From: Eledone cirrhosa
Lineage: Eukaryota
Length of the DNA stretch: 64,000 nucleotides
Direction: 5' to 3'
NCBI GenBank assembly: GCA_964016885.1
Contig: OZ024740.1
Span: 262,570,001-262,634,000, forward strand
The position numbers and the translations under genes are program-made. Below, piece after piece: positions 1 through 12,200 of this stretch. The notes under the pieces are model-generated. The model was not told the origin of the DNA. It did not search any database and saw only the letters and a list, made by a program, of their open reading frames with translations. Positions within the stretch are counted from its first letter, which is position 1. Each line of letters begins with the position of its first letter.

Positions 1-3000
1 AAGTATAATATTTGGGCCTTTTGGCCCACATATTTGAACATTTTACTTTAAAAAAAATTTGTTTAAAAGAAAAAAAAACATGGCTGAGCCACGGCCCCCA
101 GCAATACGTCTGGTGTCGTCTGACAACGGCGTAAAAGTTGAGAGGGTTACAACCATTGTTACAACAGACACCACCACAAACAACGTCAACAAAGACAACA
201 CTGAGAACACTAATTTTGAAAAAATTACCACACAAATTACAACAATAACAGCGTCAACCAAAATACAGACAACAGAAAAAAATGACAACAAATGCAACAA
301 CGATATTAACACCACTAAGAAGAAAATAAACAACGACAACACCAACAGCAACAATACAAATTGCACCGAAAACAACAACAACGGTGGCACCAAAAACACA
401 ACCAACTACGACAGTAATAACAGCAACAACACCAACAATACCGTTTGTAGCATTAGCAACAGCAACAGCACCAACAACAAGACCAGTAGCGGCAGCAATA
501 ATGGTGCCGCTGAAAAAGGAGCCACTTCTTTCGCAGGTGTGGCCCGAAATATAGAAACAGTGCTAGTCACGGAGGAGGAGATGGCAGTCGCAAGAACCAT
601 GGTGTCGAGAAACGACAACAGAGTTTCCCTGAAACCTCTATCCGAGTTCTTCAAGGACCAGCAACTGTGCACGGTGACTTACCGCACTGTAAGCAAAATG
701 TTACATTGGGTGGAGAGAGCCACGGGGGTTCAAATCCAAAAGGCCTTGGGGGGCGTCTGGGCGCGCAAAACCCATATCACCCGGGAAAAAAGTACGCCAC
801 ACCAAGAGGCAAATTCTCACTCTTTGGAAACCCTAAAGAGTGAGGAGATCGTCTTGGTGCCCTCCTACTACGGACAGAAAATTATGAGGGTCAAAGTGAC
901 CCAGGTCCCTCCCAACGTGCCCATACCTTGGCTGGCCGCGTCTGTACTTGCTGGAATCGAGGAGAAGACCACCATACTGCAAATACAGAGAATGGGAAGA
1001 GAGACCTGGTCAGGAACAGGCATGCAAATGCTAATACAGACTGACCAGGAGTGTATCGAGGCCATCCCAGACATAATAGACCTCGGAGAAGAGCTCCAAC
1101 TCCCTATAAGCGTGGAAGGAAGGCGCCCAAAGTGCTATCTCTGTGGGCAGAAGGGTCACCTCAGGGCCTTCTGCCCGCAGAAGACAGCCAAGGAGAGGGC
1201 TCCCTCCTTCCGACGCCTGATCCGCTGCTACCAATAGCAGGGCAGGAAACAGAGGCAGAAGAACCTTCCATGGTGCGTAGGAGGGCACCGTCCGTGGTTC
1301 TCATACCAAGGTCACGGACAACTAAAGCAGCGGCAGCAGTGGTGGCATCACCAACAGTCGCAGTAGCTACGCCGGCGGCAAAATCGCCGGAGCGGGCTCC
1401 ACTACCACCACGAACAGCAGTGGAGCTCATTCCCTTTCCCGGGCGTCACGGGGTTCGACATGGAGTGTGAGGTGGAGGGAAGTGGCAAACGGTCTGCCAC
1501 AAAAAAAAGAAAAAAGAAAAAAACTCTTAGCTTCACCCTCCAAAAGCGAAGGCAGACAAAGAGGGGTAAAGGCGGCTAGGAGTCTTGCAGCAACACCACG
1601 ACCATCACCAGCAGAGGCAGGACGGTCAGATTTCTTCAGACGTCTAGAGACCTTTCTTGGAACGTCCCGCTCTTTAGTGTTAGTGGGCGACGGGAACAGT
1701 ATCTTAGATGCACGCTGTGATTATGTGGGGATAGTAGATAGGGCAGGAGGGTGTAAAAACCTCAACAACCTGCTCAGCCGTTTTGAACTGTCTGACAGGT
1801 ATAGACTGGATTATCCGAATGTGCCAATGTGGACATGGGCAAACCGCATCGGATCATCCAGATCGTATTTAGATAGGGTATTCTGTAGGGAAACAGATAA
1901 GGCTAGTGAAGGTTGTCCACAATTTAAAGTCGTCGACTACACGGACTACAAATTGGTGATCTGTGAAGTTGACTTAGATAGACTCCATAGGCAAGGACCC
2001 GGCTACTGGAATCTGAACGCGTCGTTCCCGGCGCGCAAAGCTTACAGAGACCGGATTAGCGAATTAGTTAAACGTGCGTTGACGGCTGCGATCGTCAACA
2101 ACAGGTGGTGTTTTACCCTGAAAATGGCTATGAGAGTAGAATCGATAAGGTTTAGCAAATGTGTACTGATAGAGGAAAATAGATTAGAGGGAGAGTTAGT
2201 TAGAAAGCTAGAAGAGGCGTTTAGGACAGGCATCGCAACCGACGTGCTTGCGGCGAGATTGGCATTCCACAAATTCCTCAACGCCAAGCATGAAGGCTGC
2301 GTTGTCAGAGATAGAGCGGGTGCTCTAAGACACGAGGACACGAAAGTCAATCAATGGGCCCGGGTGATGGAGGCGCGACGTGGTAACAAGTCCACAATTC
2401 GGTCTTTGCCTGATCAAAACGAGCGCTTGTTGCTCGAACCCGAGCAGATGTGTGCGGCTTTTCAGCTTTGCTCAAGTGTTCGGGAGCGGCGGCGGGCCGG
2501 TTCGGAGTATGGACTTACGGAGCGCAATGTCTGACTGCACGAGGGGGTAAATCGCCAGGTTTGGATGGTCTGCCTTACGAGCTTTATGCGCATATGCCAG
2601 ACTTGTTCTTGGCAGATGTCTACTGCAGCTGGCAGCAGAACGGGAGCATTCCCAGTTTTGTGAACCTGGGAGCGGTGGCGATGCTGAAAAAATCCGAACA
2701 AGGGGGACGTTATAGACAACTTCAGGCCCATAACTCTGCTAAACGCAGAGTTTAAGATTTTGCGCAAGGTGTTAGCGAAGAGATTGGCTCTTGTCGTCGG
2801 TGATCTGGTGGGAGAGGCGCAGATATGCGCCATCCACGACAGATCCATCCACTACAACCTCCATCTCATGCGATACATCATAGAGAGGATGGTTAAGGAA
2901 CCTGGCACGGGTGGGCCCTGATTTACTTGTATCAATCTAAAGAATTTGATAGGGTCGATCATCGGTACCTGGCTGCCGTCCTCGAGGCGGCCGGCTTCGG

Positions 3001-4793
3001 ACCCGTTTTTAGGTGCTGTATCGCTGCGATGCACAGCGACATCTGCTCGATTGTGTTGGTAAATGGTCACCTGTTGCAGCCTTTCAGCATCATGCGCTCG
3101 GTCCGCCAGGGTTCACCCTCTCGTCCCTCTTGTACGCACTGGCCCCCGAGCTGTTACTGCACAAATTGGAGGCGATGAGGGGGGTCCCACGCGACTGGGA
3201 TGCGGGAGATCCGTGTCAGCTTACGCCGACGCCGTCACCGTAGTGGTGTCGAGCATGAAACACGCCCAGATGATCGGCACCGCTCTCAAGGAATACGAAC
3301 TGGTGACAGGAGCAAAGATAATCAAGGATAAGTCGGTGGGCTTGCAACTCGGCACCTGAAGAGGCAACTCCATGCCATCCGACAGCGTCGTGGGGTGCTG
3401 GTTCGGTCCGGACTTCCAGATGGAGAAAAACTGGAGCGAGGTGACGAGCAGGGGGGGGGGCTCTCTCACCCAGAAAGGGTTCTGAGGAGGCTGTCTGTGA
3501 AAGGTCGGGCAGAGGTGGCGAATGCGTACATAGCATCCGTCATCTGCTACCGCCTGACCGTCGTACCTTGACCCCGCCCAAGTCTGACCAAAATGAAGCG
3601 CCTTCGCTTCCGCTTTTTTGTGGAAAGGACGATCCATATGCTGTCAACATCCGTTGCGTGGAGGACTAGGCATGCCGTGGCTGATGATGCGCAAACATGC
3701 GCTGAGGCTGCGACCTTTCTGGTGCTTCCTTGACGACGAACAGGTGTAGTCGCCGTTTGCCAGACGCGCTTTTCTCCAGCTTGTTTCCTTGACGGAGCTG
3801 CAGTCCTCTATCAGGAAAAGACTAAGGGATAGTGCTTGGAAGCTGGAATGTCTCCAAGCGCTCACCGCCCTCTACCAGCTGGGCACTAGAATCGGTGGAC
3901 CATCCACCTCGGCGTTCTATAGAGGATTACTGGAGGGGAAGAGCGACGACGTACTTGGGGTAACTCTAGGCGTCGACGAAAATCAACAAGCCAATCTCTT
4001 AGGAAGAACTTTCAGCCCGGGGCATATGGACAACTTCCAGAAATCCCTGGCCTGGCAGTGCTACTGGGGAGCGTAGCCAGTTCGGGATAAGCGCCACATG
4101 CACGGAGGTGCTGTCAGCCGAGCCTGTTCGAGATGCGCGCAGGGCGACGAAACGGTCCTGTACTCACTCGTTCAGTGCCCGAGGATTGCTGACTTGTGGA
4201 GCTATGTCGCGTGTAGGAGGTATCCGGTTATCGACTGAGTCCATTGTGCAGATAGCCCCGCCATCCTCCTTTAAAGGGGTGGAAGGGCAAGCAGTTTTCA
4301 TCTGCCTGGTGGCCATGGCGAAAGAGATTGTGTGGTGGACAAGGTTGAACGGGTTGAAAACGGACACTTTCCTCTGCGACCAATCCCTGATTAACTTTTT
4401 CAACTTTCACTTGAAGAGGAAAATCAGGGTCGAGATGCAAGTGCTGTCTTCTAGTAAGTTTGTTGAAAGGTGGGTGCAAGTAGCGAGTCTGGGCCGAGTG
4501 AACGGGCTCGATCTGAGTATACGCCTGTAGACTGAGAAGTGGGAAAAGTGAGAGAGGGTGTTTGCTCTGGTGGTCAGCGTAGCCGTGCCTTTTTGATTGG
4601 TTTTCGGCACCAGCGTCTCTCGGAGGTTTCCCCCTTTTTGGGGAATTTCTGTTGTTTGAATTTTTTTGATTTCTAGCCCAATTTTGTTATAACCTGTTTA
4701 CACGACCAAAACCCACTTTATATCGTCCTGTACTGTTCTGTGCCGTCTCTAATGTTTTTCTTCGTGTTAGCCCTTGTGACCAATAAAGAAACC
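1..4793 (+). mobile_element. Tx1/L1-clade non-LTR retrotransposon copy A, degraded, ORF1 type 1; 5' end may lie outside the window
   Basis: ORF1 with CX2CX4HX4C knuckle. Frameshifted ORF2 pieces (LVGDGN, YLDR, SPGLDG, AYAD, RQG) are homologous to intact ORF2 at 31860. An internal deletion near 1612 fuses ORF1 to mid-endonuclease. Ends AATAAAGAAACC then ATTATT. Confidence 0.93.
80..1237 (+). pseudogene. Tx1 ORF1 (gag-like): N/T-rich N-terminus and zinc knuckle CYLCGQKGHLRAFC, frameshifted after the knuckle
   Basis: ORF track 59..1237, first ATG at 80. Aligns with ORF1 at 29725 (CTVTYRTVS..VERAT..QIQKALG.VW.RKTHITR). Confidence 0.85.
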
Positions 4794-4810
4794 ATTATTA
4801 TGATTATATA

Positions 4811-5000
4811 GTAAGGCGGTGGATTGGCAGTATCGGTAGAGTATCGGACGCCATGCTTTGCAGCAAAGAGTTACGGCCCTTTATGGACTGAGTTCAAATC
4901 CCGCCGAGGTTAACTTTGCCTTTAATCCTTACGGGGTCGAAAAATAAAGTACCAGTAATACACTGGGATAATTGCTGGCCTTGTGGCAAAAGTAGAAACA
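4811..5000 (+). mobile_element. tRNA-derived SINE
   Basis: A box TGGCAGTATCGG (4825-4836), B box GAGTTCAAATCC (4890-4901), ends in (ATT)n. Four more copies in the window. Confidence 0.9.
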
Positions 5001-5015
5001 ATTATTATTATTATT

Positions 5016-5071
5016 ATAAAGTACCAGTAATGTACTGGTTAATTGCTGGCCTTGTGCCAAAAGTAGAAACA
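5016..5071 (+). mobile_element. 5'-truncated second copy of the SINE 3' end
   Basis: Repeats ATAAAGTACCAGTAAT...GCTGGCCTTGTGCCAAAAGTAGAAACA, followed by (ATT)n. Confidence 0.8.
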
Positions 5072-5099
5072 ATTATTATTATTATTATTTTTATTATTC

Positions 5100-5548
5100 T
5101 TTGAGACTCAGTCATTGATGTTATTTAACTGGAAAGTTTGTTGAAATGAATATCAAACCACTACCTGCAGCCTCAGACATTCAGGACATATCGGAGGGTT
5201 CTTGCTGTTCCCAGCAAGCATGCCCTTTGAAGTGTTAGAAAAAGCGGAGCTGGACTAATCTTCTTTAACCATCTTTGGAAACTCTTTGAAATAGTACCAA
5301 GTGCGCCTATGACAATCGGGACGACCTTGACTTCATGGCAGTTCCAAATCCTTTTTACCTCCCACTTTAAATCCTGGTATCGTTTAATTTTCTCCCTCTC
5401 CTTTTCTTTCACTCTCGTGTCAAATGGGCAGGCTACATCTACAATCAGGCACGATCTGTTTTCCTTGTCCAAAACCACCAGGTCAGGCCTATTGTGCTCT
5501 AATTTCTTGTCCGTCTGTATCCTAAAATCCCATAGCACCATTATTATT
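5100..5548 (-). mobile_element. R4/Dong-like RLE non-LTR element, 3' fragment (family a)
   Basis: ORF 5173..5541 has RPDLVV, IVDVACP, KIKRYQDL and VPIVIGALG (PD-(D/E)xK endonuclease). Flanked by (TAA)n. Confidence 0.9.
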
Positions 5549-5561
5549 ATTATTATTATTA

Positions 5562-5933
5562 TAGTTGCATTTATCTTGCTTTATGTTCATACGAGTTATC
5601 ACCAAGTCACAACCAGTGACCTCAAGAGACAACAAGGTCCACCATGTTCAAGAAAGAACATACATACACACACATGCATCTTTAGGTGCTTAGACTTGTA
5701 ATGTACTTATATTGACAGAATCTTCCTTAGTATATGGGCAGTTCCCATTAGTACTATCTTTTGTATTTCTCCTATAAGCGGGTTTTCTGGGATTTGCGAT
5801 AAGTAATCATTAGACCCCTTAGGTATTATTCCTAGAGCGCCTACAACCACTGGTATTGTTTTAGTTCTCAATTTCCACATTTTTCCAATTTCTATCTCCA
5901 GGTCCTTATACTTGCTCAATTTTTCAAATGTTT
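5562..5933 (-). mobile_element. RLE non-LTR element 3' fragment (family b)
   Basis: KYKDLEIEIGKMWKLRTKTIPVVVGALG...LMGTAHILRKILSI with a distinct 3' UTR; same family at 48720. Confidence 0.85.
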
Positions 5934-5947
5934 TTATTATTATATTC

Positions 5948-6326
5948 TTTGAGTCTCAGTCATTGATGTTAGTTAACTGGAAAGTTTGTTGAATTGAATA
6001 TCAAGCCACTACCTGCAGCCTCAGATATTCAGGGAGTATCGGATGGTTCTTGCTGTTCCCAGCAAGCCTGCCTTTTGAAGTGTTCCAAAAAGCGTGGCGG
6101 GGCCAATTTTCTTTAACCATCCCTGGAAACCTTTTGAGATAGTACCTAGTGCGCCTATGACAATCGGGACCACTTTGACTTCATGGCAGTTTCAAATCCT
6201 TTTTACCTCCCACTTCAAGTCCTGGTATCGGTTAATTTTCTCCCTCTCCTTCTCTTGCACTCTCGTGTCGAATGGGCAGGACACATCCACAATCAGGCTC
6301 GATCTTTTTTCCTTGTCCAAAACCAC

Positions 6327-6328
<2 letters not shown>
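5948..6328 (-). mobile_element. R4/Dong-like 3' fragment (family a)
   Basis: Closely similar to 5100-5480 and bounded by TAT tracts. Confidence 0.88.
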
Positions 6329-6360
<32 letters not shown>

Positions 6361-6950
6361 GCACAACATTTTAGCGAGCATAGCTCTGTAGGCTTGGGGT
6401 GTGAGCAGTGTAGTTTTTAGTGATATTGTTTCTATTGTATTGATAGTACTTTTCGTAATATATGTGGAGTGCCTAGTTGTGCTATTTTTTGTATGCTGAA
6501 TAATTTTAAGTCCTGGGGTTTTTGTTATGTATTTGTCTCTCTGTTTTTTATCATTCCTAGAGCACCAATTATTATAGGTATTGTTTCAGTTTTCATTTTC
6601 CACATTCGAGTTATTGCTATCTCTAGATCTTTATATTGGGAGAGTTTGTTCATTTCCTTGCAAGTTATAATGTCGTCTGTTGGGATTCATCTATTAGAAG
6701 GCATTTTGTTTTCTTTGTGGTCTTTGACTATAATATCTGTTTGGTTGGCTCTGATCTCCCTGTCTATATGTATTGGCATATCAATGGTTACTTTGTCATT
6801 CTTTGACACTTTTTCTGGTGTGTACCGTCTTTTTCTGTTGCTATTTCATAATGCTTCATAACTTCCAGTGTATGAAGGTCTCAACTCTATCATGGCTGTG
6901 GACATATTCGTTTTTGTCAAAAGCTGGGCATCTAGTTACTTTTTGTGCTT
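6361..6950 (-). mobile_element. RLE non-LTR element 3' fragment (family c), degraded
   Basis: Minus strand reads ...IAQLGTPHILRKVLSIQ* plus YKDLEI and IIGALG-like motifs; ends at (TAA)n. Confidence 0.75.
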
Positions 6951-6984
6951 TGTTTCATTATGTACGTTATCATTATGCAGTTTT

Positions 6985-7170
6985 GTGGTGGATTGGCAGT
7001 ATCGGTAGAGGGTCTGATGCCATGCTTTGCAACAAAGAGTTATGGCTCTTTATGGTCTGAGTTCAAATCCCGCCGAGGTTAACTTTGCCTTTCATCCTTA
7101 CGGGGTCGATCAAATAAAGCACCAGTAATACACTGGGATAATTGCTGGTCTTGTGCCAAAAGTAGAAACA
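6985..7170 (+). mobile_element. tRNA-derived SINE
   Basis: Same family as 4811-5000; A/B boxes and ATT tail. Confidence 0.9.
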
Positions 7171-7177
7171 ATTATTA

Positions 7178-7375
7178 TGCTGTTTTTCACGACAAAATTT
7201 TATGTTGCTTTTGGTCGGTTATTTCAGGGAATACCGGGCTACAACTAGAAACCTAGAATAGCTCCAGGTTTTTCATATCATCCCTTGTGATTCCACTACG
7301 GCTTGTAATCCCAAACCTTCGTCAATATTCGAGCTGGTCCCAGTAGGCATGTCCTCCAGTGTTAACATTGTTGAA
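7178..7375 (-). mobile_element. RLE non-LTR element extreme 3' fragment (family d)
   Basis: Minus strand translates WRTCLLGPARILTKVWDYKP*, similar to QRACLLGTARTLRYVL of family a; ends at the TAA tract near 7171-7178. Confidence 0.55.
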
Positions 7376-7377
7376 TT

Positions 7378-7498
7378 AGAGCCCTAGCCCCCAAAGTAGT
7401 CGATATTAACGCACTCGACAACTATAAAGCCATATAAGAGCCCTGACCCCCCAAAGTAGTCGATATTAACGCAGTAGACGTCCATAAGGCCATATAAG
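7378..7498. repeat. Two-copy 60-bp tandem repeat
   Basis: CCAAAGTAGTCGATATTAACGCA occurs at 7391 and 7451. Confidence 0.85.
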
Positions 7499-9099
7499 TA
7501 AAGAAGAAATTCTGCGAACATGATTATCTGGAAATCGAGACAATGAAAACGTAACGGTCGAAAAACCGAAATAGACCTTAAAATCATATAGGCATTTATT
7601 TATAACATCATCCTGACAAATGTTTAACTCTAGTCTTAGAACCTTAGAAATATGCGCAGCATACAGAAAAATGCACTATATTAAAGATGTTACTTGTACA
7701 GTACCAAATAAAAAAGGGCAAGAAACAGATAAAGATGTAAAAGACAAGGATGATCCTATGAATAAATCGATAAAAAAACAAATTAGATATGGAAATACGA
7801 TAGGTTCGGTACAATATTATAAGGATTGATATGTATTGTGGTGTAGAGTAAAACTAATGGGTACATAAAGCACGGTCGAATTGGGAAGAAGCTTCGGAAT
7901 CATTAGGTTCTGGGCACAATCCCACTTCGTGGGATTTAGGCCATGTGTCATTTTCTATAACCTCGATTCGAACCAACATTTTGAGTGAAATTGGATAGAC
8001 AGAAACCAATTAGGGGCTCATAGAATGGTATCCATTTGTAATGAAATGTGTCAAGCTTGTCAATATATCAGGCTGAATCTCCCTTGGATTACGATAAGGG
8101 TACCTGTGTTTGTTGAATTCTCAGTCACATGCACATTAATTTCATGTGTAGGCTGTACCATTCACCGAACAAGAACACTCATCTTCGAAACGGGTGAAGG
8201 CCCGTTCCATTCCAACGGGTGTCAAAAAATATATATACCGGGAAATAACAGTGAATTTAAAACTATATAGTAGTAGTTGTACTGTGAAGGATAACCTGGA
8301 GAGGCCTTGGGTTATCGGATAATTACTTCAATTTATAGTGTTTCAGTTATATTTTTCCCTGACAGAAACTGAACAGTAAAGGAAATAATCCATCAACTGT
8401 CAAGCATAGAATGCAATTTGAAATTTTACCCTCAATGCACATCTGATGTGAAAACAACCAAAGTATAGAAATAAAATCTACTAATTTGATTTTTGTTTGT
8501 TTTTTCTTTCATCACTTTTATATCATTGACTAGAATTTATTGTTTCTGTTTTGTTTGGTTTCATTTTGTTTACACACTAAAGCCCGACAGCATTTTACTA
8601 ATCTAGTCTAGAATTACAATTAGCAAACTTGGTAATGCTAGATTACCACCCAAAACGTTGATGGTTCAGATCTTGTAACTGGCACTAGGTTTTAGATATT
8701 TCAAAGAGCTTTATCACATGGTGGTTGCATCCAACTTTTGTAAGGAAATTGCATATTTAGTTACATCTCATTTCGTATGATGAACCATTATTCTATTAGT
8801 GTATTTTAAATCATTAAAATGACTAGCTATCGCAGAGGGATTCGGTTGGAGTATCGTGATCTAGATGTACGAGATAAATAAGGATATTAAATGGTATCAG
8901 ATTTTATTCGTTTGACAAGAAGAGAATGTTTAGCACCAATTACCCATTTCAGAACCTAATGAAAAGTGTATTGGCCGAAAAATGTCAGTCAAATACTCCT
9001 ACACTGAATGCTTAAAACTGAACCCAATGAAAGGCACGCAAGGATGATGAATCCTTGTCAATAAAGGACACAACTTTCTCCTACTGTACATGCATAGCA

Positions 9100-9255
9100 A
9101 CGATTCCTCTTACAAGCTGCCCTATAGTTTCCGACTACCAGACTTCACTAAGCAGTCTTTGGTTCACCCGACGCTCTAATTCAGATATATAACCGAAACA
9201 CTGCCTGTTTCGATCAAAGTTAAACCACGTAGTTGCGAAATAAATATTGGAAGCA
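9100..9255 (-). mobile_element. Possible old degraded SINE of a different family
   Basis: AGTTTCCGACTACCAGACTTCACTAAGCAGTCTTTGG resembles a recalled octopus SINE body; no clear Pol III boxes. Confidence 0.3.
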
Positions 9256-9351
9256 CACACACACATTTCTCTCTCCCCCCCTCTCTCTCCCTCTCCCCCT
9301 CTCTCTCTCTCTATATATATATACTAAGAAAGATACTAGGTGGACCATAAC

Positions 9352-9505
9352 GCACCAGACTACTCGATATTTGGGGTAGTAGAGTGGGCAAATTGAAAAG
9401 ATTCAAGACCCGATTGCTGAGCTCCGGCAATTTCGACAGCTAGATCAGTTCGGATCTGGCTGTCGAAACGACCGGAGCTCAGCCGACGGTGTCCTGAATG
9501 TTTTC
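9352..9505. repeat. Imperfect palindromic element (two inverted hammerhead-like arms) next to (TA)n
   Basis: GCTGAGCTCCGG...CCGGAGCTCAGC and TTTCGACAGCTAGATC...GATCTGGCTGTCGAAA are inverted pairs; a related copy is at 52284. Confidence 0.8.
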
Positions 9506-9525
9506 ATATATATATATATATATAT

Positions 9526-10031
9526 ATTAGAATTGGTGCTCTGAATTAGCGATATATATATGAATGTATATATAGTGTATTTTGCAATACACTGTATGCT
9601 TAATTAAAAGCATTTCGAAGACCATACGCTATTGTTTTAGAGTAGTGACAGACTCACTTACTTTAAATTTTTAGCAAACAGGGGAGATAAAGCTGACAGA
9701 GCTCTGTTTCGTACTGATTGGTACTTATCAAAGCCAAGTACTCCACCTGTTTGCTGAAAATCATGAATGTTTGATTCTTATAGAATTCTAGTAATAATCA
9801 GGAACTGATTATACAGAGCGGTTGCCGGTCAGGGAGAAATTGAAAATTAGAATTGGTGCTCTGAAATAGCGATATATATATGAATGTATATATAGTGTAT
9901 TTTGCAATACACTGTATGCTTAATTAAAAGCATTTCGAAGACCTTACGCTATTGTTTTAGAGTAGTGACAGACTCACTTACTTTAAATTTTCAGCAAACA
10001 GGGAATACACTATATATAAATATTTTTCATA
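9526..10031 (-). repeat. ~320-bp hammerhead-containing tandem repeat (retrozyme-like): about 1.5 units plus a short inverted tail
   Basis: Unit start ATTAGAATTGGTGCTCTGAA at 9526 and 9846; same family at 55766-56603. Confidence 0.88.
9668..9760 (-). ncRNA. Type I hammerhead ribozyme, U3-A8 core variant
   Basis: Minus strand 9735-9691 reads GGCT-TTGATAA-GTAC caatca GTAC-GAAA-CAGAGCTCTG-TC-AGCT. Helix I is extended by GGAG/CTCC and AGCAAACAGG/CCTGTTTGCT. Confidence 0.82.
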
Positions 10032-10189
10032 TGTAAACGTGACTTTCTCGGGCGTGTTTTCTCTTTGGGAAAAAAAGCACGTGATCGCCAGTTTTTTACT
10101 GTAACGCTTCACATCCTTTCGGGTCACAGAATGGAAGCCTGTTGATAACGTGAGTCCACGGTTTGGTCATCGAATACCACAAACTTGCA

Positions 10190-10935
10190 TACATCAAGTA
10201 GCTCATAGAAACATTCCTCCTTAACCACTGACCGTTGTATTGTGGGTCCATAGACACTGATAAATGTGAGATAGGAGTTGTTTTTCAGTTGAATTCGAGC
10301 AGTCTCTCAGAAATAGAAACTGGATTGATGTGACCAAATTTATTAGACACAGCAAATCCAACCCCAGCTGTTTTGTCATAATTTCCGCAACAAAAGATAG
10401 TATGGCTCCTCTCTTTGATGTTACCAGATCCTGGATGCTGTATTTCACTCAAGGCACAAATATCAATACCTGTTTTTTCGATCCAACTGCAGATAATAGC
10501 TGTAGCGCTTTCAGGCCTGAGAGAGTTTGTATCATCATTAGTAGTCCGAACATTCCAGGCTGCTAGATTAAGCATTTGCCTCTCTTTCTTAGAAGATCTG
10601 TTGTTTATTGAAATTGAATTTTCATAGGTTACTCCGAAAGCAATAGAACTATATGGACTTTGCTCATTTTCCCCCACCTATAAAAAGTGGCGCATTGGTT
10701 ACCTCGTACACAGTATCACTAGGGGAATATTCAGTGTTACTCATCTCATAAAAAGTAGGTTGCGCCAAAAGATGACGATGCTGACCAGCGCACTGCAGCA
10801 TCCCTTGGCAAGATGCCCTGGAAACTGGTGGCACAGCAAAACTGAGACAGACGCAGGAGAATCATTTCGCAGGTACCATTTTCCCGTGAGCTGGGGTAGG
10901 GATTGGTATAACGCCAGGGCATACAGTCTCTCCCC
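10190..10935 (-). mobile_element. RTE-like LINE 5' fragment (APE endonuclease N-terminus plus putative 5' UTR), degraded
   Basis: LAAWNVRT...IDICALSE...AGVGFAVS motifs in ORF 10285..10677 and a VYGPT motif in a shifted frame. Confidence 0.75.
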
Positions 10936-10939
10936 CATA

Positions 10940-10944
<5 letters not shown>

Positions 10945-11021
<77 letters not shown>
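10945..11021. repeat. (TA)n microsatellite
   Basis: Direct reading. Confidence 0.95.
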
Positions 11022-11022
<1 letters not shown>

Positions 11023-11548
11023 TGAAGTAAAGGTTCAGTGGAAATATCCATGAGTAAGGGCACTCAGTCCATAGGACGAGCTTAGTATGGGATGGGCATG
11101 GGAATTCATAAAAACTCTCCTACACACACCAGTAATTTTGGCGACGGGATTGCGGTGAGTGACAGCTCACGCCTGAATGGAGATGGCCAGTAGGCAGATT
11201 TCAGTGGTCAAACACTATGATGACGTCACGTACTATCAACCAATCTAAGTGCCGCGCAAACAGGTTGATGGCAGATGATAAGAATTCGAAGGGTCGGAGT
11301 CCAGTAGAAAGAGAATTTCTTCGAAATCAATAGACGTATCTGAGGAACTTGCGAATCCAGATTCAGGTTCGATCCACAAACAGATCACACCTCGAGCTGT
11401 TCGCCGGAGAAACAATGGTAATACCTAATAAATTGTGTTCCGATGCATCACTGATTCTTCGTTTTCCATATTATCATACTCTACACCGAAGGATCATAGA
11501 TTGGTCAACCGGCATACCGCCTATTGACGCATCCTAGCAACCATACTA

Positions 11549-11667
<119 letters not shown>

Positions 11668-11682
11668 CTCTCTATCTATCTA

Positions 11683-11866
11683 AGGCGGTTAAAATTCCCG
11701 AGATCCATGGACGAGTTCTCTCCAGCGATCTCTGTCCCTCATTATCGCTGCCATGTCCTGCGTCTCCAACAGACCAGTGTCTGTCATTAGGGCATCAACA
11801 TACGTTAACCTTGGTCTTCCTCTTCTAGTGTGTCCATGTAGGGGCTCCCAAAGGAGTACTGAGTGC
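11683..11866 (-). mobile_element. RTE-like LINE 3' fragment
   Basis: Minus strand translates VLLWEPLHGHTRRGRPRLTYVDALMTDTG...MRDRDRWRELV, typical of an RTE ORF C-terminus. Confidence 0.75.
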
Positions 11867-12104
11867 AATGTTCAATTTTTATATATTATTTTTTAATTTT
11901 TTATTTCATATTCCGCCGATTTATCTATTTCACACATCTCACCCGATTGTATTTGAATGTCACCACTACCCCTTTCTTCCATTTTATTACACTGACCAGT
12001 ATCTTCCATATAATATCATCTCTTCATACCACTTCCCTGACTTTCTCCATGTTATTGTTTTTATTGTGATTACTATTTTACACTTCTATCCACTCATCAC
12101 TGCA

Positions 12105-12186
<82 letters not shown>

Positions 12187-12200
12187 TTATTATTATTATT

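Noticed and set aside
4825-4905. tRNA gene
   Set aside because: Has A/B boxes but no cloverleaf; it is the head of a multi-copy SINE.
4811-6328. Mirror order of elements (Dong, family b, Dong, SINE) with 48275-50847, suggesting an inverted segmental duplication
   Set aside because: 5' truncation points differ between the two sides, which fits independent insertions into the same target type.
7378-7498. CRISPR-like repeat-spacer appearance
   Set aside because: Only two units, the 'spacers' are homologous, the context is eukaryotic and there are no cas genes.
11215-11250. TGACGTCA plus CCAAT promoter-like motifs
   Set aside because: Short motifs with no associated gene or transcript evidence.
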